DNA of 59,485 nucleotides, counting the filler, from Platydemus manokwari (lineage: Eukaryota), in assembly GCA_037951405.1 (NCBI GenBank). It is 4 parts of 4 records of this genome, joined end to end, with 100 filler letters (N's around TTAATTAATTAA, not from the genome) between each part and the next. Parts side by side here need not be neighbours in the genome. Positions count along the whole stretch, not along the records: positions 1 to 15,180 come from JBBMOY011331427.1; 3 more parts are not named here. One strand, written 5' to 3'. The translations under genes and the position numbers were made by a program. How positions within the stretch are numbered: position 1 is the first letter of the stretch; the number at the start of each line of letters is the position of its first letter. This document shows, piece after piece, positions 1 to 12,000 of the stretch. Under the pieces are notes generated by a model that was given only the letters and a program-made list of their open reading frames with translations, was not told where the DNA came from and ran no database searches.

Positions 1-504
1 AAAAGTAACTATTATTATTATTTTATAATATTAATATTATTATTATTAATATTAGAAAAATTTAATAATAATATTAATAATAATTAGCTATATATTTGTT
101 AAGTAAGCCAAATGTAAGTTTTCTATAATAAGATTAATAGGTGTTCTTGTTTTGTCCAAATAATTAAAGTGAAGTAGATAGGAATGACCAAAATCGATGA
201 TGAATAGATAAAATTAAATTTATTAAACAGACAACATAGAATTTTCAGATAAAACAAATACTCAACAAATCGAATTATGTCTTTGCATTGAAAAATACTC
301 TTGATATAATATTTGATTGTGTAGGATATTGATTATTTTGCCTTGGAATTTCTATTGGGATGGATTGATCCAAAAATATTAATCATTGTTTTATCATTGA
401 CAATGAAAACGAAAGAGAAAATGAGAATATTTTTTTTATCAGCCGGGATAATTAGAAGATTAAATGAATTATTATTTAATAATTATTATTGGAATATTTG
501 GTAT

Positions 505-860
505 TCATTTGCAATTTGTTCTTCCAATCGATGATTGAGGTCTGGCGACAGTGAACAATTCGAGCTTGTATATTGACATTGTGTTGAAATATTTTTCATC
601 AATAATCGCTATTTTATTGATCTGATATTCGAGATCTGATATCCATCCATGAAACAATCTGATTTTGTTTTTTATATTCATCCAAAATTTATCGATATTA
701 TTTGTTTTATTGCAGACATCTCTGAGGATGTTCCCTAAGTTACAAGAATCGAGCCCATTTAAGAGAGAGCTGTCATTAAGACTGGCAGAAATTCCAACAT
801 CCAATCAAAAAGGAAGTGATAAAGGTAATAAATCTCCATGAATTGATAAGCATGTTTCCC
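505..860 (-). mobile_element. Degenerate L1/Tx1-like non-LTR retrotransposon ORF2 fragment (end of endonuclease and linker)
   Basis: The minus frame reads ETCLSIHGDLLPLSLPF*LDVGISASLNDSSLLN...DKFWMNIKNKIRLF. This resembles the SDH.P..L...LN.SLL...W...K..IR pattern that follows the APE domain in L1/Tx1 ORF2. It has an in-frame stop. Pattern recognition only. Confidence 0.4.
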
Positions 861-891
861 TAAACACTTATTTTATAACATGCTATATATA

Positions 892-1738
892 CCGTGTGAT
901 TCATAAATCTCAGTCTCTAAAACTAAAATAAAACAACAATAAGAACAAAATAAATGTATTGAGTTACTGTAATGCACAACAAAACACAATAACAGTAGGA
1001 ACAAATACCGGTAAATAATAAGCAATTTCATAGCAACTGTTCAAAATGTTTACCATCTTGCTCTAAACAAAGAATACATCGTTTCCTGAAGCTTGAATAA
1101 CATTTCCGGACGACTTCTTGATTGATGTTTATTAATTCATTTGAAATTGTTTCTTCGAGTTCGTTGAGCGTTGTATAATTGTTATGGATTGCATAAACTC
1201 GATCTTTGATATAATTCCATAGTCAAAAGTCTCATATCGTGAGGTCTGCAGATCTTGATGGCCATTCATTTGGTTGTCTACATCCAATACACCGCTGTGG
1301 AAAATGTTGATCAAGCCATTGTCGTGCTAAAAATTTATGAAGTCATACACACTCATGCAATTTCTCGTTGATTTGTGCCATCATTACCTATTAGAAAATT
1401 TACCACTTTTCTTCTTAACTTATATATACTTAACTTCTGTTTCCAGTATTGAACTGTTATTCTAGTTGGTGGTGCACGATTAAAATGTTGTTCAAATTCT
1501 TGTCAAGATTTGGTGCACTATTGCATGGCTAACAATAAACACTATCAGCAAGCGAAAATTTAACTTCACCAGCTGCATCCTCCATATTGTAATGCAACTG
1601 ATTAATAAGAAATAAGAAATAAAGTACATTAATCAGTGAATAATAATTAATATCAATGAGTATAAATATGTGAGTATAATTTATAGTGTTTTGTTGTTTT
1701 ATTTTAGATTTAGAGAGGGAGACTTATTAATCGCACGA
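892..1738 (-). mobile_element. Non-autonomous, internally deleted Tc1/mariner-superfamily DNA transposon with 48-bp imperfect TIRs and TA TSD
   Basis: TIRs at 892-939 and 1691-1738 (ttgttgttttattttag.ttagaga..gaga.ttat.aatc.cacg), with TA at 890-891 and 1739-1740. The minus strand has an N-terminal HTH remnant (QEFEQHFNRAPPTRITVQYWKQKL, about 1430-1505) joined to C-terminal transposase motifs WLDQHFPQRCIG..EWPSRSADLT.*DF*LWNYIKDRVY and SFRKRCILCLEQDGKHFEQLL* (stop 1028-1030), with stops and frameshifts. Confidence 0.9.
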
Positions 1739-3014
1739 TATTATTAAATTAAAAGATCAATCATCATGATCCTAAACAATATACCAACGAAAAGAAGAAC
1801 CAAATGAATCCAAGTCGTGTAAGATTAAGTTGAAACCAGATAAAAAAGCATCGCAGATTCAGGACAGAAGTAATTTGTAAAAAATTTAAACAAATTCATT
1901 AATAGTACCAAGAATCTAAACTTATTAAGAATTCAATAACACAGCCGGATGCCTGTCTTGTCAATTTAAGTAAATTAATTATCCGAAAATATTTTATTTT
2001 CTGTTATTTTATTCTGGTTTATTAATTTCCACTATTTTATCCGAAATAACTTTGTTATTCGAACTCATTCTATTTGATTTAATTAACTGAACTAATATTA
2101 AACTATTTAGATTTCTTGAGGGTGTATACGAACCTGTTAACCCATGATTTAAATTTATAGGATTCTGGCATCAAATTGGCTAAAATAAATTAGCTAAACA
2201 TCATAAAATAACAGAATAAATTTCGTTACAGGGACAAGTAGCGACATTTATTATATCATCTCACATACCATATTCTGATCGGATTAAAATCACATTTGAT
2301 ACTAATAATTGATTCTTTTACAGAGCTGCTATAGGAAATTATTTCTATCAAACAGCCAATTATATTTATCATGTATATCTATTTTGTAATATAAAAAGGA
2401 TTTATTCAACAATTTATTTAATTGCGAACATTGCCATGAATCATCAGAGAACAGCCACAACACAAAATATAACAGCCTTGTAGTATTAATGGAGACCCAC
2501 AGGGTGGGGTCGTAGACTCTATTTTCGAAAAATCAATAATGCCCATAATTTTTTAAAAATATTTTATCAATTCTAATTAAAATCATTATTTTCTTGATTT
2601 CTGATTTTCGATTAGCGAGCTTATTTAAAAAATACTATTACTAGAAAAGATTCTCTTTTCATTTTTTACTGTCAGATTTTAATCAAAAAATATTCGTTTT
2701 ATTTCTATAATGGGATATATATTTTGTTTTTATGCATCATCATTTCCAAAAGTCGGACATTCTCATTAATAATAAATAAAGTCTTTTATAAATGAGAGAT
2801 CTATCTTTTGATTAGTGAAACAATAATGAAACAATAAAATCTACTAATAAGAGCAGAAAAGAAGTTTAAAGAACACACCAGATTAAAAACTAAATTAACA
2901 TTAATCGAATTTTATTTTAACCCCCCCCCCACTCAATACCCTTGAAAAAATAAAAATAACTGAAAATAATTTATTCATAAAAATCCAAAAACAAAACAAG
3001 CACAATAACTCAGA

Positions 3015-6000
3015 TCAGATAATCGTACGGGGTTCATAAACCGAATCGGTTATATCTTTGTGAGGTAGCACTAATGCTCCGTTGAGGAATAGTTCAGGAT
3101 TTACTTTCACATCCTCACCTAAAACTGTGATATTTTCCATTCGTACCTGAATAAAAAATACTACTATCACATCTATAAGTATGGAAATACGTACCCATGA
3201 ACCGACTTCACAATTCCAACCAATGAGACAAGAATCGATCCAGCAGTGTGATTCAATGACTGTATCTGACAAAATAGCGCTGTTACGTATCCTGGTTCCT
3301 TCTTTAACAATGACTCCAGTACCAAGAACTACATTTGGCCCGATAAGGCTATTTTTATGAACCGAGGCCGTTGCATCCTGATTATACATATAATTCCACG
3401 GAATGCCAGTAAAAAGAAAACAATAAGCCATTTCAAAGCATAATAGAAGAGATTATAAAATTACAAACTTAATTTCTCTTAAGATAATGTTAAAATAAAA
3501 CAAAACCGCATCTAAAGATCGTAAGAAATTTATTGATAAGAACCAAAATCCAATAACAACAGTTGACCGCAGTCCAGTGATAAATCAATACGGATAAAAT
3601 GACCTTTGATTCCATTTATCCGACACAGATGAGTAGAAATGACTACGAAATCGGTCTACCGGTAGACCACCCATCGGAATTGTCAGTAATTTAATAATGA
3701 AGCAATCATAAAAAAATAATCAAACAAAATTTTCTTGATATTATCGATAATCAATTAAATGATACCCCATGATGAGATTGAGATAATTATAATTATTAAT
3801 ATTATTCAAAAAAAAATTTACATTCCAGTATAAGATATTTCAAATTATCAGCGACGTCGATGGGGTGGGAAAGCATAAAACACAATGCGCAACTGACTTC
3901 ATTTAAAACGAATTTTTCATTTTTCAAAAATACGAAAGAAATTCAAGCAAAGCTATCATTATATGACAATTGATGGGATGGGAGGGCGTCTAATTTCGGT
4001 CTGTCTCTCGCAATGTTTTTTTGGCATATAATGGAAAATTTTCGTTTTTTTTAAATTAATAAAATTTTTCAATATCCACACGCTCATACAATTACAATGT
4101 TAGCTTAAATATTGTCAATGAGTCTCGAAATGAAAGGAAATTTGAGCCACGTAAATATTTGTCAATTTGGCTGATGAAAATAATAAAAATGAAAACAGAA
4201 TTTTCTTAGCTTATTTAATGTGGAAAAATATTTCGAATTGATTTCTTTTTCAAAATAATTTTAAAACAAACAGAAAATATTTCTGAGAGAATTTTAATAT
4301 CGATTATGAGTAATTTTTCGAGATTTTATCGATGGTTTGTGTGATAATTTCACAATCAATAAATTTAAAACGATCATTTTAAATAGAAAATATATTGATA
4401 TTAAAAAAATATAAATCATCGATTTAATTTGTCTAAATATTTGATGAAATATACTTTTGTAGGTTGAAATTCTTAGATTTGTTTTCAATTCGTATTTCAT
4501 GAAGCAGCAGCAGCTAACGCTGGAAAAGTGTAGATGATATAGTAAAAATAGAATATACTGATAAGATCGAAGATAATTGGAGATGTTTACATTGATAAAT
4601 ATATTTGATAAAAATATAAAATTTAAGATAGAGAATATGGAAAAATAAATAGAGAATTCGATAACAAGGAATGTTAGGAAAATCGAAGATTTCAAATAAG
4701 CAGGGATGTAGCGATTTTAAAACCAGTAAATATTTAAATAATCACTTTAAAGAGAAAATTTAGAATATAACAATTTTTGTGGATTGAACTTCTTGAATCA
4801 TTAGATAAATAAATATAAGCATATAAATAAAGCCATCCCTTTTAACTAAACACCACGAGTTCCGAAGAAATTTTCGATATCATTAGAACAACCGATAAGC
4901 AAGTACTGACAAGCAACTAAAATGTGCACAACAATTTCTCGAAAATTTCTAATTCTGTCATCAATCGACGAATATGGATGTAACAACTTATAACTGACTC
5001 ATTTCACATAAAAATTGTTATCGATTGAGTTTGTGATGGCCAGTTTGTAATGCTGATTTCTTTAAATGAAACCAAGTTATTGATTAAATTTAAAATTGAA
5101 GAAAAATCATATTTTCAAACATTAAAACAATCGACTGATAAATTCGACCAATGAAATTGCAGGAAATTTTTCAATGCTCAACGAGACGATTTAAAACATA
5201 ATTGTGACTAAATTTTCATCAAATACGATACAGTTGCTGTTTAAACGATGCTGCGTACAAGTAATGAGTGAAAATTTTTTGTTTATCTAATTGAAATAAT
5301 TATCAAATGGAAACAAAACTCACTATGATCACATTGCCGATGATATTTTCTCCTTTAAATAATTTTGGTGAATTTTTCTCAAACAAATAACCCAAAAACA
5401 GCTTCATGCCAGTCAAATAATCTTCGGGTTGACCGATATCCATCCAAAATCCTGAAAATCAAATTTTAAAAAAACAAAAATTTTCTGTTAAAACATCAAT
5501 AGATAAAAGGGATTCAAGTAAAATTTATAAATATTAGAAAATAAACTAAGGCTGCAAAGTCGACATGGAGATCCGACGACACAAAGATAGGCTGTGAATA
5601 ATTTTTGTGCAATGATTCCGTCCACGATAAAAGCCAAGTTTTTTTGTTGTAAAAATAGATAAATAATGAAAGAGAATTGATAAAGAATCTCTTTAAGTCG
5701 TTTGTCTTTTCGATCTTATCAATTCATTTAAAAATTCATGTTCATTTCTTGTCAATTCTGTGGGAGAAATATGTCGTTTGAATCTCTTTTTATATATGTG
5801 TGTCATCCAATTTTATTCAACAAATTCCATAAAGAATACTTTTTTTCTAAAAATGACAACCATCTCGACTTGTAAGAGTACAGAAAAAGAGTACAGATTT
5901 TCTATATATGTCAGGAAAAACTTTCGTTCGGTAATCCATTCGTTACTGATTAAACGTTAAGGTATACATATCAGATAACTTGGAATCACTTAAAATAATC

Positions 6001-9000
6001 GATTCCTTCAAGTGAAAAATTGTCTTAAAACAACACCGACCTTTGGACAGCATTATAAACAACTGATAAAATGACCTTTTGAGAGCATCATTTAAATTAC
6101 GATCAAAAATATCCAAAAAATTCAAACATTAGAAAGTATAATAAGTTGATGAGCCATATTGATGATTAAAGAGTTCAAATTTTGGTGATAGATCTCGATG
6201 TTTTTATCTAGGGTGCTTCAGAACTATAAAATTAAAAATGACCAATTTTTATAAATCCACTTTAGTCCAAGATAGGCTAATGCGAAAAAAACTTCATTTA
6301 TTTGCTGATCAAAACAATAACGATTCCAAAAAACAGACCATTCATCGAGTAGTTCTTTCAACTCATCAATATCAAATAGAACCCCTAATTCACTAATTTA
6401 TAATTTATTCATTGGTGGATTCGAACTCATGGCTATTTCATTCACACTCACTATCACTTGCCACTTGGCAATGAGAACTGCAATGTATGGATTTCGGTTT
6501 CAGATCAATATAGCCCACATATTGTCAAGAATAAGCTATTGAGATTGATCATCTTATAAAAGTAGAATAATACAAATTGGTAAGTACCTTAACCGCGACC
6601 ATCGATAAAGAACATTTTTTTAAAATGTAACTTATATATAGGATACGGCCCGTATGTAACTTTCTTTTTTATTCTTTTTTTTTATAAAAAATGACTAAAA
6701 ATAAAAATGATTTATAATAAAAATAAACTAAATCCTGAAATATATAAATAAATGATGAAAATCTAAAAATAGATAATAATAATTATTAAAACAAAAATTA
6801 TTATAAAAATACCAAATTCGGATAGAGAAAGAAAAATGAAATAAAAATAATAAATCAGCAAAAACACCCATGATGTACATTATTCTGTTCATGACATCAC
6901 TCATTAAAGTAGATATTTAAAATTAACTTGACGCATTTCTAACCAACCCGTGGATTATTTACATGACAACAAATCCGATTCAGAAAACAATCGATCGAAT
7001 AAATTTCTATAAAAATAAACGCAAGTGAATTGGAAACACCAGAAAAATTTACACTTCGAATCATGTTCCAGAATGATTTTTCGCGACGTCCGAAGCCACG
7101 TAAATAAAAATTTAATAAAATAAAAACTTGATAAAAACGAAACTTTTCCGAATCAATAAATAAAACAATTTAGTGATTGTAAAATATTATAATTACCTTT
7201 GAATTCGGTACAATACAATTCGGATTCAGCAACCATCTTAGGGAAAACATCGATTTCTATTGATGTCCTCATTGTCTAAACATAAAATATCAATTTCTCC
7301 CAATCGATATAGGATTATATCAATAAATATAAACGATAAATAATAGGTTGATTAAAACTTTAATATGTTTAAAATTAAATAACATTTTAATACAAGATGT
7401 GAAAAAGTTGTGAGAGGTTACAGAATGGCCCATTGAAAACTCAAACAGTTGGTTTATCGATAGACAGGTTTCACAATCCTTACTACTGCTACTGCCACCG
7501 CTTCTTCAGAGATTTCAACATTACTATTAAATCTATTTGTACTTGGTTGTCTAACTAGTAGATTACCAATGATAAACCATTGAGATTACATTTGGGTTCA
7601 TACCAGCATAACTGAGAGCGATGTGCTGCTATGAAACCAAAAATGAAATTCCATTGGATGAAATGACTGAATTCGAATTTATCAATGATTGGATTTTCAA
7701 TCCGTAGTTCTGTCCGGCACTCATCAACTCTTCAAGACCGGTTTATTGATGAATTACTCGTAGGAATCATCAATGGTTTAATCAGTAAACTCTCACAACC
7801 GTTACACAAACAATAAAAGATTCGATAATTCTATTTACTTCGTTCGAATGAATTCTACTATTTTCGAAAACCTACTAGAAACAGATAAGATACTTTTATT
7901 TTGAAGATTTAAACAAATAAATCATAAAGAATATCCTATTTGAAATGCAATATTATTCTGGATAATATGCTATAAACGAAACACACACATTATTGGCTTT
8001 AAATATCGATTGTAGGCAGCTACTATTTTACAAAACATGCATCGAAAACGAACTGAAAAGACAAGACATCAATTTATATACAATTATATAAGCAAATTAA
8101 TACCATTTAATGTAAAATTTGAATTAATTCTTTAAAAATTTAATCCATTAAAAATTCTCACATCTCCCTTTCTTTTAAAATCTTTGATTTTCTTAATTGT
8201 CTCTGTATCGAATGCTCTACATATTTCTTTACATGAAAATTCCAAATCTTCTATCTTCTTAATATCTTCTTTTCTATCTCCTTTATATCGTCTCTACAAC
8301 TTCTTTATATCTTCTCTACAACCTCTATTTCTTCTCAAGAACTTCTTTATATCGTCTTTATATATTCTCAACATAGTCTCAATATCTTCCTCCTTCTCTT
8401 CTATAATTTTCATTCAATTATCTTCTTAGAATCGAATACAGGAGCGTTGTCGCTATATAAGCCACTACTATTTTATAAACACGATTTTAAAACGAAATGA
8501 AAAGTCACGACACCAAATCATATTTTTAAATACAATTATATCAACAAATTGATGGTATCTTATAAAATTTGAATTGAATCTTTGAAAATTTAATTCATTT
8601 AAAAATTCTCACATCGATAATAATCAATAAAATAATTATTTAAATCTCAGAACTTGAATATTTAATCCCTTAGATGGATCTGAGAACATAATGACATTTC
8701 GTCCATATTAAAGAAAACAATAACGTTCTTAAAGATCATTAAAGTCAGTGGGAAAAAACTCATAAATCGGAAATAAACACGTTTGACCAGAAGAAATTCT
8801 TAGGAAATGAGCACTGCTGCTTTGAGACATTGTGTCAATCAATACAAATATCCATATTGCATTGAAGCAGGAATCGAATAAAATTAAGAGTAATTTTAAT
8901 ATTATTATTCTATTGAAAAGTATTACACGAAAGACTAAATTTTTGTTTTCTTTATTGAGACTAACCGATGAAGTGATTCATCATCAATAAGGTTATTGGT

Positions 9001-12000
9001 TAAAATGGTATAACAATACAAATCTCTTTTAATTGTATCGATAATTATAAATATCATTTCAATGTACTATCATCATCTCTTTCTCACACACATTAAAGTA
9101 GAAAACATCAAGAAAAAAAATCCATCTTAAAATAACGAAAGAATGATCTATTGGATAATTTTCCTCTTATAAAATTTGGTGTGATGATAAACGTTTGAGT
9201 TTGAATAAAAAAACAACACCATGCCAGGGAATAATATGTCCGAAAATAAATTTTTATTGGAAATAAATATCCGTTCGTCATTCATCACATATGGGGATCA
9301 ACAGAAATTCTGGTTGGAAAAAATTACATAAATAAATTATATCGGTAAATATTATTTTATTGGATTTAATAGACGAGAATGTGTGCTTTATCAAGCTCAG
9401 ATAATTCGAATCATTTAAGCACCAGTGATATTTGAAAAGCAGACGCATGTCAAGGAGAGAACGAAATCGGGTTTAGTCGATTGAGAGATTTTGTCCCAAT
9501 TATTTCAAATTGAATTAAATATCAGCTAATAATAAATGAAAATAATCAATAAGCAAGATTAATATAATTGGTTAGAAATTTAGTGATTTGTAACCTCGAC
9601 GAAACGATTTAATAGATATTATGTATTATTATCAGACATTGTTAGATATTTATAATCAGGATAAATAATATAATAAAGGATAATTTAAATAAATCGATAG
9701 GCACGTTATTATTTAATTACACGATAAAGAACATAAATTTTCTTAGCAGTTCTTTTGATTTTAGCGCTTTAGTTAGCACATTTAAGCTCTTAACAATCGA
9801 TTGAAAATAAAGTAAGAAAATCAATTCATAAAAATTGAAAAGTCAGTTAATAATTACAACCAAGAAGAAAAACATTTAAAAATACGATAAAACGATTCGC
9901 AATTCAAAATTAGGTTAAAGTTAAGCAAAACTGGGTCCTAAAATAAAATTTTTGATTTGTTGAGTGTATTGCAAAAATCTATATAGTTTATTTAATTATA
10001 TTATTTAGAAACATTTTGAAGTTTTTATATAAGTACACAAGCAGAATTTTAGTGTTTTGAAATCAAATATTAAACACACTAGTGTTTCGAAATTTCCTTA
10101 AATTTGATTATTTGAAAAAAGGATGAAATTAGGTCGAATTGCAATTTATTGAAAATTAGCGATGATCCCTTTTTTAGCATTAGGAGTAAATTGATAGGTA
10201 TTCTCAATTTTTACAATTATTTTATAAAAATAACCAATGATATCATTAAACATGTCTGTAGTTAACTAACTCGATTTATAAAAATTAAAATAATCATACA
10301 GAAGTGCCGTGATTACAGTAAGAATTTGGTTTAAAAACTATGTTTTGTCCTAATTATATATCCCAAAAAGTGAGATATTAACTGAATTATACGAATAAAT
10401 CAAATATCGTAATTATATGTAAAAGTCGGTTATAAAATTATCTCATGTGCGAAAATTCATTATCACGAAAATAGGTCAAAGGACCTCTTTTCTTAAGTTA
10501 AGCTCAAAATTATATTGCAAGCTGTGATGATTATAAAACAATTAAAACAGATTATGAATTCATAATCTATGAATTTGGATTATCAAATCTCCCAATCGGA
10601 CAAATAGAGGGACGAGGATTATTGGGCGCAGGATATTAGGAATTCGTACTAAGAAGTAAATCGGTCGGTAATTTACACACAAGATACGGTTATGGAAGCG
10701 AAAATATCCATCACTCAAGAAACAATACATCGGGTAAATTTATGGATTACTTAACTATTTTATGGGATGCATCGAATTAAACAAACATGTAAAATCTCCC
10801 ATAATCTAAAATCAACCTTTTTACTACATTTAAAGAAGTTAGACAAAAGTTGGTATCATTAGTCCCAGCAATAGTGTTTTATGTCAAGAGCCTTTAGAGC
10901 ACTGCATTTATCTTTGTCAAATGATATGAAAAATTGTACAATCCTTATTTGTATTTATTTACTAAGAATAAGATTGCCAGTGTTAACATCCAGCAATCGT
11001 CCTTTTGTAGCGGCCTCAGTTAATTTTTTTCTCAACATTAACAATATTAGTTATATTTGATATTTGAGTAAACAAAATCCCATTAATAACAATAGGGAAA
11101 GATAAATATATTAATTAAAAATCGATATTTTATACTAGAAGTGAAAAAATATTAGTAACCGTTATTAGACCAATTATATTTTTCAATATCGATCGGTGTA
11201 TTATTTACTAACAATAGATGCTGAGTAAATATTCTCAATAAATGACAAATCGATAAACTAATAAACTTTATTGCAATGAACTAAATAACATCCATCAAAT
11301 TATCTAAATATCAATTTTCAGTCAGAGGTGTTTAGAGTAAATTTCGAAATAATGTTTTAAAATTTTTCAATAGGAACATTGGTTTGGGAAAACTGCATTA
11401 AATAATACGAATTACATAATGAAGGTATATCAAAGCAGTATCTTAACGTTGAGTATTTTAAACGACAATTTTTAATAAATTATTGAATTTTTCTAACGAT
11501 ATAAATCGATATCAGGAGGAAAATTAAAATTGTCATTTCACAAAAAATCTGACAAATGGGACGAAAATTACCAGTCTAAAAAGGCGGGTAATTCTTTCTT
11601 TGATCAGAGTATATCTGTGGGGATTTGTGAATAAATTAACGGAATTAAAATTTTGCTAAATCCTTTAAAAATATTGAAAAATTTCCCAATAATTTTTTAA
11701 TTCTCCAATTGTGAAATTTAATATTTTTGTACATTCAAAGATCAGACAAGTGGTTTCATATTGCTTCGGGAACAATATACTCGATTTTATAATTTTGATC
11801 ACCAAGGTAACAAAATCGACCAATCACATTTCAGAATGGGAGAGAGAGATTTTAAGCTAAACAATCTCTATTGATAAATATTAAATCGGGCTATCAGTTA
11901 ATGAATATTTCAATTTTGAAGAATCAACATTAAATTAATTCAGATTTATCTACAATTTTTTTTGTTATTTATTCCCATTTTTCAGAAAGCATTTTTCTAA

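Noticed and set aside
1132-1314. 60-aa ORF as a gene
   Set aside because: It is an off-frame reading of the mariner-like transposase remnant.
4294-4695. 133-aa F/I/L-rich ORF, and similar ones at 13168, 13326, 14859, 46506, 47055, 54565 and 58764
   Set aside because: Their composition is what AT-rich non-coding DNA yields by chance; there are no motifs or consistent splice structure.
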